Origin: Octopus bimaculoides
Taxonomy: Eukaryota
Direction of reading: 5' to 3'
Assembly (NCBI RefSeq): GCF_001194135.2
Contig: NC_068983.1
Span: forward strand, 67,337,507-67,401,506
Length of the DNA: 64,000 bases
Shown: positions 28,146-39,713 of the stretch, one piece after another
Layout: the number at the start of each line of letters is the position of its first letter
How positions within the stretch are numbered: position 1 is the stretch's first letter
Made by a program: the position numbers and the translations under genes
The notes under the pieces: generated by a model
What the model was told of the DNA's origin: nothing
Seen by the model: the letters and a program-made list of their open reading frames with translations, nothing else
Database searches by the model: none

Positions 28146-28401
28146 ATGTATGAATACATGAAGGTTTAAAGCTGTCACATTAGTGGGTAGTTTTTGGAGC
28201 ATAGCCGGGGTACCGCTACTAGATTTAATATATTTTAATATACGAATGCGAGTGTTTATATGTGCACTTGAGCTTTTGTCATATCATTGCATATACAAGT
28301 CATTTAAAAGAGAAACACTCGCGTCTCTCTTTCTATATATATATGTGTGTGTGTGTAAAATATGTATACACCTATCTACGTGTGTGTGTGCATGTGTGTA
28401 T

Positions 28402-28534
28402 GAATATGTATGTTCATGTGTGTAATTGCATTTAGACAGTTATACATGTATAATCCATAATAAAATATATTGTATATATGTATCTACACACACAAACATA
28501 TTGTACATATATATATGTATATACATACATACAT

Positions 28535-28620
<86 letters not shown>

Positions 28621-28725
28621 TGTGTGTGTGTGTAGACACATGCATACATATATACAATATATTTTATTAAGTGTTATATATGTATAACTGTCTAAATGCA
28701 ATTACACACATGAACATACATATTC
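28402..28725. repeat. Foldback/MITE-like element: inverted arms around a (CA)n(TA)n(TG)n core
   Basis: The perfect 45-bp inverted repeat GAATATGTATGTTCATGTGTGTAATTGCATTTAGACAGTTATACA extends imperfectly to about 95 bp. Confidence 0.8.
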
Positions 28726-29159
28726 CTACATTAAGAAATATCCAGACTCAAACATACGAGCGTGTGTGGTGATCATGTAGTGTGCGAGGGGGAAAGGATG
28801 AGTGTACATGTGTGTGTATGTGCTTTCTCATATGTTTTAGCACATATGCGTAGGTGATATTCTGGTAGGTAAGACGCTCGAATATATCAGAATTTAGCCA
28901 GAATTAAGCTAAGTAAGTTCCCTTTCTGGGTGAATGAAACCGGAGAGTATATTAGCAATTCCTCGGTTTTCAAAATTACATGCCTACATATAGAGAGTAT
29001 ACAGCAAAACATTTACATCTACTTACACTACAATAGGTAATGTATCTAAACCACTTTTCCAGTTCTTTTTTTTACAGAACAGGATTATGTTTAGTCAATG
29101 AGGAGGGATCTTGCTGTTCCTCGGTTTATTTTATCTTCGTTTCTCTTTCTTTTTAAACC

Positions 29160-29368
29160 AACACACATACACGTATAGATTGACCGTTGACTGAACACTA
29201 TTCATTTTTTTTTCTCCGTGTTTTTCTCCTTGTCTCCGTATTCTTTCTGTTGAAGAGCGTAGCTCGAAACGTCAAAGACTTTCCGTATTCCCGAGCGTCA
29301 TACTAATATATACTTTTGTTATTTACACCACCTGTCCTCGTCTGTTGTTATTATTTGTATATTCTCCC
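29160..29368 (+). mobile_element. Penelope-type pLTR-like repeat carrying a hammerhead motif
   Basis: Contains the hammerhead at 29242-29278 in a pyrimidine-rich context typical of Penelope-derived repeats; cut by a gap. Confidence 0.6.
29242..29278 (+). ncRNA. Minimal type I hammerhead ribozyme with A6U core variant
   Basis: TCTTT-CTGTTGA-A-GAGC-GTA-GCTC-GAAA-CG-TC-AAAGA: perfect 5-bp stem I, 4-bp stem II, ACGT palindrome and a GUC triplet. Confidence 0.7.
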
Positions 29369-30806
29369 ATATATATATATATATATANNNNNNNNNNNNN
29401 NNNNNNNNNNNNNNNNNNNNNNNNNNNNNNNNNNNNNNNNNNNNNNNNNNNNNNNNNNNNNNNNNNNNNNNNNNNNNNNNNNNNNNNNNNNNNNNNNNNN
29501 NNNNNNNNNNNNNNNNNNNNNNNNNNNNNNNNNNNNNNNNNNNNNNNNNNNNNNNNNNNNNNNNNNNNNNNNNNNNNNNNNNNNNNNNNNNNNNNNNNNN
29601 NNNNNNNNNNNNNNNNNNNNNNNNNNNNNNNNNNNNNNNNNNNNNNNNNNNNNNNNNNNNNNNNNNNNNNNNNNNNNNNNNNNNNNNNNNNNNNNNNNNN
29701 NNNNNNNNNNNNNNNNNNNNNNNNNNNNNNNTATATACATACATATATATATATATATACATATATATATGTATGTATGTATATATCGAGAGAGAGAGAG
29801 AGAGGGGGGGAAGGAGTGTTTATGTTGTAAGAGTATTGCCAATTGGTTTTCAGATTGCTAGAAATGGATTTTTAAGTAACGAGAGAAACGGTTTGAAGGT
29901 TGTAGACTATAATATGTAACAGCAACAACATTTTTTTCTTTTCTTTCCTTCATTTTTTTTCTTCTTATTTTGAAAAATAAAGAAAAATCTTCTATAAAAT
30001 AACGTCATTTTTATTTTTTTTATTTTAAACTTTTTTTTTCTTCCTTTTTGTAATATCAACATTTTGCGATTTCCAAAACACTTTGTCTAGTTTTATATAT
30101 TTTGTTTTCTGATGCAAGTTGTACATAAATGTGCCAAAATTAGTATTGTATATAGTATAGTAATATAGACGGGTGCATATGAACGAATACATGTATATGT
30201 ATGCAACGGATTAGTACAAAACTTCGTCATGTTGATTTTAGTTTTCATCCTTCCAAAGAAGGTAAAATTAGTTTCATTCAAGTAGAGCTTGATACTCCGT
30301 TCGACTATATCGTTATACCATGAATATAGTCCAGTGATTGTAACTAGTAAAAGGTTACGTATGTTCATATGTTCCCTTATGTGTACATATATGTTTATTC
30401 CTCTTATCCTTTTTTCTGTCTTTTACCCTTATATGTTTATATACAAGCTTTTTCAAATGTTTTAATCAGTCAGCGAAAGAAAAGGCCAATACTCAATACG
30501 TTATTTATTAATGCATCTTTGATTTTGTCTCTCTTATTTTCGTGACCCATGCTTGCCGCAAAAGCTATCCTAAAGCAACAATGCTTGAAGATCGTAATAT
30601 TGTGAAACACAAGTCTTTAGAAAAGGAATTCAGTACATGCATGTGAATTCGTGTGTGTGTGTGTCCGTCCTTAGTCAAGAGGGAAGGTATTGTGCCCATA
30701 ATCATGATCCTTCGTAGTCTCTCTGGGGCAGGTGGGAAGAAGGAAACTTTCAGCAGAGTGGACTCCGCCAAAGACACCCAATGTGTCAGCTAGTGGTGTT
30801 ACATAT

Positions 30807-30851
<45 letters not shown>

Positions 30852-31044
30852 CATACATATGTGGAGTGTGTGTGTATACGATTGTGACTCTCTATGGGAA
30901 ATGACGTGGTATAAACATTCGCCCTGCTTTCGCTTGTGGTTTGACTGCCCTAGCAGTAGCTAGACTGTCAGACATAAAATCCTCTCGGTTCTCCCACTTT
31001 TGATGCAGTAAAACATGCAAGATGTGGCAGCTAGTAGGGAGAGG

Positions 31045-31190
31045 ACCTTACAACATCATTCAACTGGTATTTTATTTATCGAATTCAATAGGTGAAAGCT
31101 GGAGTTGACCTTGCTGAGACAAACTCAGTGAGCAGAGAAGCAGAGCAAATACTGCAGAGCTTATATCCAACACTCTGATGACTCTGCCAA
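31045..31190 (-). mobile_element. Old decayed family B SINE
   Basis: ggtattttatttatcga...gttgaccttgctgag..aactcag...ctctgccaatt is a decayed reverse complement of the family B head and core. Confidence 0.5.
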
Positions 31191-31452
31191 TTGCTCTCTC
31201 TCTATATATATCTCTATTTCTCTCTCTACACACACACAGTGATGGAATCAAAAGCGAGACACAAGATGTTCCTTATTTTCTGCTCACAGTAGAGGTGAGA
31301 CTCACTCCTTCTCTAAACTTCACTTTCACGCTCCAGAGCGCACCGCTAATTCCTAAGACTTATCTACATCTCTCTCTCTTTCTCTCTGTATATANNNNNN
31401 NNNNNNNNNNNNNNNNNNNNNNNNNNNNNNNNNNNNNNNNNNNNNNNNNNNC

Positions 31453-31745
31453 CACGCAGTGGGACATGAACCCGGGACCATGTGGTTGGTAAGCTAGCTA
31501 CTTACCACATGCTGTGGTAACGCTGCATTATGCTCTTTTTATTCTTTTACTTGCTTCAGTATTTGGACTGTGGCCATGCTGGAGCACCGCCTTTTAGTCG
31601 AGCAAATCGACCCCAGGACTTATTCTTTAGAAGCCTAGTACTTATTCTATCGATCTCTTTTGCCGAACCGCTAAGTTACGGGGACATAAACACACCAGCA
31701 TCGGTTGTCAAACGATGTTGGGGGGACAAACACACACATATAAAC

Positions 31746-31776
<31 letters not shown>

Positions 31777-32003
31777 CATATATATGACGGGCTTCTTTCA
31801 GTTTCCGTCTACCAAATCCACTCACAAGGCTTTGGTCGGCCCGAGGCTATAGTAGAAGACACTTGCCTAAGATGCCACGCAGTGGGACATGAACCCGGGA
31901 CCATGTGGTTGGTAAGCTAGCTACTTACCACATGCTGTGGTAACGCTGCATTATGCTCTTTTTATTCTTTTACTTGCTTCAGTATTTGGACTGTGGCCAT
32001 GCT
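31453..32003 (-). mobile_element. Family A SINE (31536-31935) within a 422-bp-period tandem duplication
   Basis: A full SINE plus an identical 129-bp block at 31453-31581 and 31875-32003. Confidence 0.88.
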
Positions 32004-32721
32004 GTAGAACCAAGCTTTTTTTTTACAAGATAATATCAGCCCAGTATTTTGCCTGCTTCATACTACATTGTTTCCGTAGCATGGTGAAAATGCAAAGTGG
32101 GCACTGGAGTAAAAAGCTATAGCAAACTGACCCAGATAATTCTTTCAGACAAGAATTCTTAATTCTTTGCTACAGGCACAATGCCTAAATACAGAGGGGA
32201 CAAACAAAGACATGCGGGAACATAAAACATATGAAGGATGAATGTGAAATGAATAATTTACAATGCAAATGAGACGGCCATCTCACTCCCGCTGCGAGAT
32301 GAAACCGTAGATTCCTTTTCCTTAAACTTTTACACAACCTCTAGCCTCCTCCGAGGCGAAACTGCGACTTCCCTTTTCGCTTTTGCCTTGCGATTATACA
32401 CCTTTTAGACAATTGTTCATATAGTATTTATGTCTTATTTTTTCCTTTTATTTTAAAACTAAAGTCAACCAAATGTTTTTTTTACAATATTTTTAAAGAC
32501 ATTTTGGCAACCTGTTCATTCAACATTTACAAAATTTACTTATTTTCCCTTTTTTTTCCTAAAAGTTCAAATTATTATTTTCCTCCAATACAGTCATTAC
32601 AAAAAAATTATATCGACCTACCTCTTCTGTCACTCACAATGTCTTTCACGTTTACAATCTTTTACGTTGGGGTGTCCCATCTTACTATAATTTTCTTTTT
32701 GTTTGTGTGTTAGTCAAACGA

Positions 32722-33109
32722 GTAGAGGTGCAATGGCCCAGTGGTTAGGGCAGCGGACTCGCGGTCATAGGATCGCGGTTTCGATTCCCAGACCGGGTGT
32801 TGTGAGTGTTTATTGAGCGAAAACACCTAAAAGCTCCACGCGGCTCCGGCAGGGGATGGTGGCGAATCCTACTGTACTCTTTCACCACAACTTTCTCTCA
32901 CTCTTGCTTCTTGTTTCTGTTGTACCTGTAATTCAAAGGGGCCAGCCTTGTCACACTGTGTCACGTTGAATATCCCCGAGAACTACGTTAAGGGTACACG
33001 TGTCTGTGGAGTGCTCAGCCACTTGCACATTAATTTCACGAGCAAGCTGTTCCGTTGATCGGGTCAACTGGAACCCTCGACGTCGTTAGCGACGGAGTGC
33101 CAGCTAAGC
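32722..33109 (+). mobile_element. Full-length tRNA(Arg)-like SINE, family D (octopus OR-type by recall), with 11-bp TSD
   Basis: TGGCCCAGTGG box A, TCG anticodon-like loop, GGTTTCGATTCCC box B; TSD TAGTCAAACGA at 32711-32721 and 33110-33120. Confidence 0.92.
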
Positions 33110-33170
33110 TAGTCAAACGAACACACGGTTACAGTCTTTACACAATTATTTCCACTTACCTCTTCAGTCT

Positions 33171-33470
33171 CTAACAATGTCTTTCACTTTTACAATCTTT
33201 TACGTTGGGGTGTCCCATCTCATTATAATTTTCTTTTTGTTTGTGTTTTTCATGTTGTCTCTTATTGTTTCTATTTTCCTGCTGTTTTGTGTGTTCTTGT
33301 ATTTTCGCCTCTAAGTCTGTGTGTTCGCTTGACTGCAACTCCACGTGCTTCGTCTGTATGTCCATGTTTTTAGGTTTCCGTAATTCTGGGCTGTCTTGTT
33401 TCTCGTCTGAATGTCCTTTTAATTCCTTTGCTGGAACTTCCACTGGTAAATTTTCTCCGTTTCTCGTCAT
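33171..33470 (-). other. K/E/Q-rich 99-aa ORF, possibly a retroelement ORF1 C-terminal remnant; its end is tandemly duplicated at about 32630-32710
   Basis: An open purine-rich frame ending ENYNEMGHPNVKDCKSERHC. About 75 bp recurs on the other side of the SINE. No homology could be established. Confidence 0.3.
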
Positions 33471-34455
33471 GGGTTGGGTTTCTTACTACTGGGAATTCCA
33501 GTTCGATATATTCTTTTATATGCTTCAGCTTTGAGGCTGCGGCCATGCTGGGGCACATCGTCAGAAGTTCGATTTGAATCTGACGAGTCACCTATACTGC
33601 TAAACGCCATATGAACGGCCATAACTTTTAACTTCCTAACACACACACACATATATATACATAATACACATATATATATATACATATAAAGTATATGTAC
33701 ATACATATTTACATATACATATATACACATATACATATGTGTGCGTATATACTTAAAATCATATACACACACAACCAAGTCAATCTTCCGTCGACCAAAT
33801 TGTCTACACGAAGCATTTTCAGCCGAGGTTTTACATGACCAATGTAAAATAACATTTATATTCATGAAATTTACAACTTCCATATTTACATCTGAATTTA
33901 TACCACAATTAAGCTATTTAAAAAAAACCCAGCTCCTTAGAAAATATGTGAGAGTTCATAGACGTATTTATCTCTTAAAGAAATTAAATAGATGAATGTA
34001 TACTTAGTTACTCAATTATCTATAGTAAAATTTATATAATCAATTTTCTCTAATAGTTTCTATAGAGTCACTTTGCTCACAGTACATGCATACTCAGCTT
34101 TAAGAAAGGGTCAAAACAACTCACCAGTGCATTCTCTTTATGTTCAATTCTTTACAGTTGTGTCTGTATACTTAGCTCAAATGTTTATACTGTCCATGAA
34201 CCACGGATGAAAATAAATTTTTGTAAAAGCTTACATTCTGTTCTTTTATTTCTTGAAATTTTATTCATCTAGCATTGATGGGAGTTAATTCAAATGGAGC
34301 AGCCTATTCCTGGATTGAAATAACACTTTTGTTCACGGATGGTCTTGAAAATTTGGCTTATAGTTGAACACCGACAGACAGGCTGTGTTTATATATACTG
34401 AAAATGTCACTATAATCTTCAGTATATAAACATAAGCTTTAGATCAGTCGAACTA

Positions 34456-34670
34456 TTGGGTTGGTGCATAATTATTGCGGCTTTTTTTCAACAAATTTTA
34501 TTCAACAAAAGCAATAACAACAAGTAACAAAAACATCTTTAAATGATTATTCCAAAGCATATTCACCATCTACTACAATTACTGCTTCCCATTTGATGTT
34601 TTTGTTAACTATTGTTATTGCTGAATAAAATTTGTTGAAAAAAAGCCGCAATAACTATGCACCAACCCAA
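34456..34670. mobile_element. Mariner-derived MITE (215 bp) with TA TSD
   Basis: TIR TTGGGTTGGTGCATA(A/G)TTATTGCGGCTTTTTTTCAACAAATTTTATTCA flanked by TA. An internal remnant KWEAVIVVDGEYALE* on the - strand matches the mariner transposase end. Confidence 0.9.
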
Positions 34671-34809
34671 TAGCAATTTGAATACGTATTTAGACGAAAT
34701 GTGCGAGGTTAAGTTTGATTAAATTTTCAAAATGGTACCACAGGATTACAAAAACAAATAAGAAAAGAAAAAGTTTATATCCATGCTATTTGTCAGTCAA
34801 AGAACGTTC

Positions 34810-35260
34810 AACTAGTTACTTGTAACTAGGCGAGGTTAGTACGATTTGAATCGTTGCAGGTTTGCGGTTGAGAAAACGAATAAATTGGTAATGAGTTCCA
34901 GAGGAACGCAGTTGTAATAAAGAAGGATTTGTCTTTTTAACACGGAAGGTAGAATGTACAACCCAATGGAGAATTACACAAAGAGGGAGGAAACAAGTAT
35001 ACGTTGAAGCAAGCCTTTTGAACCCGCAAGTACGCTTTAGAGGGCACGATTTCGTTTGACTATACTCTTGAGAGATGCAAAAGCCGATAGTCACATGGTT
35101 TTGTGTTTACGACCGAAAATAATGTTTCTGCTAATTAGCGAGTCCTAAACACAAAACTATGTGGCCACCTACTTATACATCTTCCAGGCTTTGGCCAAGC
35201 AAAATTGCGCCTGCTAAAGCGTACTCACCGACTCAAAGGGTTTAAGATGTTAGTAGCAGA
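34810..35260 (-). mobile_element. CR1-group LINE 3' fragment
   Basis: Minus-strand SFFITTAFLWNSLP matches the SFF.R...LWNSLP motif at the end of CR1/L2/Jockey ORF2. Confidence 0.55.
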
Positions 35261-35904
35261 GTTAGCATTTCTAAATCACCTAAGTTATGGTAAATGTTCT
35301 AATATATTTTGTAATACTTTTGAATGATCTTATTTAACTTTCTTTTTATACCATTAAGTAGGTAATTGAATTAAATAGCAAATCTTCGTTTCTCCAATGA
35401 TTTCATAATACCCTTGGGTTTTCTTTATTTTTTTTTCCGCTATCAAAATAATGTGTTACATTCTGTCAGGTGATTACAACAGAATTCGTAATATAAATTT
35501 TGCTTTGTTCGGCATCAACGTTAATTTGAAACTATCTGTTTTAAAATGATAATAAAGGTTTGAGTAAAGCATATATTGCCACCTGGTCATTTAATAATGT
35601 ATCTGTTTGTGATTGAAACGGTTACATAATTCCAGCCAAAATTATTAACTGGTTTTTGTTCTTTAAATAAGTAATTAATAGATAGTATTTTAATCGTCTT
35701 TAAATTATCTAACTTAATAAACTGTACATTTCTTTCAAAATTGAAGCCAAATGAAATCCTTTTGGAATCCATAATATTTATAATCATTAACGACAATACA
35801 TTTACTTTAGTCTCATACTTTGCACTGAGAGTCCTTGAAATACAACAGAGCGACTAATTAACAAATAAATGATAATTACGTACATAGGTACAAGGCTAGA
35901 AATT

Positions 35905-36060
35905 CATGTGGAGGAGTCAGTCGATTAGCTCAAACTCAGTATTTATCTGGAACGTTTTTTTTTATCAACCCTGAAAATCTACTTCAGTGGGATTTGAGAG
36001 GAACAAATACCGGCAAAGCATTTTGTCTGACACTATAATGATACGTCCGACAAGCCATCA
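35905..36060 (-). mobile_element. Old decayed family B SINE
   Basis: ttttttatcaaccctgaaa...gtgggatttga...gcaaagcattttgtctgacactata is a decayed reverse complement of family B. Confidence 0.45.
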
Positions 36061-36192
36061 CGATATGAGAGAACTTAGGGCCAAGCCACACCTTACCGTA
36101 TGATAACGATTTTTTTACTGAGAATCATACCTCTCCCCCACTCAGCAATTTTAGGAATATAGAATAGGGTTTTATGGTGTTAATGCATTTTC

Positions 36193-37256
36193 GGATCTAT
36201 TTTAAAACGGGGGCCGCATTTTTCATTAATGTTTTACGTAGTGTTTTTGGTACGGAAAGACTTTCAAACTTCGTATACTTATCTATTTTGTGTTATAGAA
36301 CAGAAAAATAGGATCTTTTTTAAAACGGGGGCCACATTTTTCATTAATGTTTTACGTAGTGTTTTTGGTACCGAAAGACTTTCAAACTTCGTATACTTAT
36401 CTATTTTGTGTTATAGAACAGAAGAATATTTTTGTATTCGAATTTATTTCATGTAAAAAATTGTCTTATTTCGATAATTTCAACCAATCACTGACAAGTA
36501 TTCAGTTGTTTACCTTTACTCCTTTNNNNNNNNNNNNNNNNNNNNNNNNNNNNNNNNNNNNNNNNNNNNNNNNNNNNNNNNNNNNNNNNNNNNNNNNNNN
36601 NNNNNNNNNNNNNNNNNNNNNNNNNNNNNNNNNNNNNNNNNNNNNNNNNNNNNNNNNNNNNNNNNNNNNNNNNNNNNNNNNNNNNNNNNNNNNNNNNNNN
36701 NNNNNNNNNNNNNNNNNNNNNNNNNNNNNNNNNNNNNNNNNNNNNNNNNNNNNNNNNNNNNNNNNNNNNNNNNNNNNNNNNNNNNNNNNNNNNNNNNNNN
36801 NNNNNNNNNNNNNNNNNNNNNNNNNNNNNNNNNNNNNNNNNNNNNNNNNNNNNNNNNNNNNNNNNNNNNNNNNNNNNNNNNNNNNNNNNNNNNNNTGGCT
36901 CATTAAGCGATGTAAAGCGTATTTAATCTCCATACCTTCGTTTTATTTGCTTTTTTCATTTTAAATTTGTTTTAACCCTAACCCTAACCCTAACCCTAGG
37001 GCTAGGGTTAGGGTTAATTGTTTCAGAATCGTTTGTTTATGTAGTCTGCACTTAATGTATATCGGCTGAATGGACGTCAGTGATTGGTTGAAATTACAGA
37101 AATCCGACAACTTTAACATGGAATAACTTGTGGATTTCTTTTTTTTTTTAAGAAGACTAAGAGAAAAAGATGTTTTATATGACACATTCTACCAGTGTTC
37201 CAAGTTTCAAAGTGTTTCGTTAATGAAAAATGTGGCCCCCGTTTTAAAAAAGATCC
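36193..37256. mobile_element. Non-autonomous TIR DNA element with 8-bp TSD and internal head-to-head telomeric hexamers
   Basis: 37-bp TIR GGATCT(A/T)TTTTAAAACGGGGGCC(G/A)CATTTTTCATTAA; TSD GCATTTTC at 36185-36192 and 37257-37264; left 118 bp tandemly duplicated; (TAACCC)4 followed by TAGGGC-TAGGGT-TAGGGT-TA at 36973-37016. Confidence 0.85.
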
Positions 37257-38550
37257 GCATTTTCCACTGGTAGTGAACGTCGCTTAAAACGGTGATACTC
37301 AAACTGACAATTACCAGCTCCTTCAAATATTAGTGGAATTTTTATTACTGAGAATAAAAAAGAAATAGAGTTTGCATCTATATAATCTCTTCTTTCTTCG
37401 CTGGATAAGTTTAAAATAAAAAAATAAAACCTTTTTATTTTATTAAACATGGCAGTGTGTTCCTGTTTCAATCCTCGCACTCCCCTATAAGAAACATTGG
37501 TATAATCCCTTTTCATCCCTGTTCGCAGACTACTACCAGACGATGTGGTCTAATTGTATTTGTATTGAGTAACAATCTAGAGTCTTCTTCAGTTTCCCTC
37601 TTGACACAAAAATATCATCAAAAACACCTCAGAATGTTCGAAACGGTGATCAATCGGCAAGGTTACTTCTACAGCATCACTCCTTGTTCTCCTTTGAAAT
37701 AAGACAACTACGTGGTATCCCGACGCTGTCTGTGCAGTAGTTGGACGATGCGAGGTTTCACTCTGTAAGTTACATTTACAATATCATTAGTTAATTAGCT
37801 AAAGTATAAAGGTAACTCCGTCCAAAAGGCTACGAAGCTTACAAATAATTCCGATCGAAGAATTTAAAATCGATTTTCTACTCGGTACCAGTAATTAATA
37901 ATTATTCCTAGCTCTCCATGCGTAGAGATTTAAGTAGAAAGTTGTGTTCTGAGATGGAAACTTTCCAACGGAAGCTGCTTATGAATAATTTAATGCACAG
38001 ATGTACCAAATTACGTATGAAGTTCGTCTAATAAATTGGTTAAAATAAATAACAGCTTTTAAACCTGATATATCGTTCACCCCAAACAATAGATATGGTG
38101 TTGGTTTAGTGTTCATTACCGGGAAAGTTAACCACACTGCTTGGCAGAAAGTTCGGTTTAAAAAAGAGAATAACATTGCCACTATTAAAAACATGTACAA
38201 CTGGTCAGTTATGTTTTACACAATTGCTTCACACAGAATTAATTTTTCGCTACTAAAACTGGATTGGTTGGTAGCCATTATAGTCAACTCCGTTAATATA
38301 TTTCTACTGGCAGCTTCACACTGACAGACCATATAAACACATATAATAACTCACATTTATACAAATACGCAATTATACATATAGAAAGAGAAATTTTCAC
38401 AAAGAAACACACACACACGTATACACATTCAAATATACACATGCGTACATATACACACACACTCAATAGATACTTGTATACAAAGATTCATACTTGTACA
38501 TATATATGACATGTATTTGACATGTACATGTATTTAACATGCAAAGACAA

Positions 38551-38955
38551 GTGCAGGCTTGGCTGTGCTTAAAGAAGTTTGCTTCCCAACCACGTGGTTC
38601 TGGGTTCAGTTTCACTGCGTGGCACCCTGGGCGAGTGTCTTTTACTGTAGCCTCGGACCGACCAAAGCCTTGTAAGTAGATTTCGTAGAGGGACACTGAA
38701 AGAGGCTCATTGCTCATATGTATATGTATGTGTGTGTGTGAATGTATCTCTATGTTTGTCCCCCAACAGCTTGATAACCGGTTTTGATGTGTCAACGTCA
38801 CTGTAACTCAGCGGTTCGGTGAAAGATACTGATAGTAAAAGTAGCCAGCTTAAAAAAAAGTAAGTACTGAGGTTGATTCGTTCGACTAAATTTCTTCAAA
38901 GTGGTGCCCCTGCATGGCCGCAGTCTAATGACCAAAACAAAAGAATTGAAGAATA
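38551..38955 (+). mobile_element. Family A tRNA-derived SINE, full length, older copy
   Basis: TGGCTGTGCTT box A-like, GGTTCAGTTTC box B-like, central (TG)n, tail ggtgcccctgcatggccgcagtc. Confidence 0.85.
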
Positions 38956-39713
38956 TTTCTCTTCTACAACCAATAATAAATACACCTATGAAACATTACA
39001 AATACTCAAATTGCTCAGATTTTGATATTTGATAAAAAAAAAGAAAAAAGATTGGTATTTTCTATTCTGACTAGACATTGTGTTCTATATTTTGAAGGGA
39101 AATTGGAGATTGTTCGGTTCATATTTTTCCCCAAGGCATTTACAACATAATTAAAGTGAAACTGAATTACATTCTCGGCTTGTCCTTAACTGAAATAAAT
39201 TTTAAATAGACTTAATAAATTCACCAAAAGCGTGATCGTCTAGGCAAGAGGTTTGTGGTTCGTGACAATGTAATTGGACCAGTCATTCGAGCTGTAAATA
39301 GATACTGTAGGTTAAAACAAGTCGTTTGGTGAGCCAGCGAGGTGGGTCTACGAGGTAGTTTCACATGCTAGAAATAACAGGAAGAACACACAGAATAATG
39401 AGCAACTAAGATAGGGTGGTAAGAGCTGGAAAGCCTTTAGTCATTGCTCAAATCGATCAAGGTTCATCTGTGGCTAAGCAACAACAAAAATTGATCTGAA
39501 GGAACATTTTGATTAATTTAAACCAGAGATGGTGGACTGGCGAACTTTTAGATCTTTAAGAGTGGCCGTCTGAAAAAAGTTCGATTTTTCCTAAAAGTGA
39601 TACATTTTTGTTAAATATATAGGTTTGCATTTATTCCTTAAACATATTTAAACATTAAATGGCGGCGAGTTGACACAATCATTTTGCACGCCGAGCGAAA
39701 TGCTTTGCGGTAT

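Noticed and set aside
36973-37016. Telomere-telomere chromosome fusion site
   Set aside because: It has only about seven hexamers and lies inside a TIR/TSD-bounded transposon.
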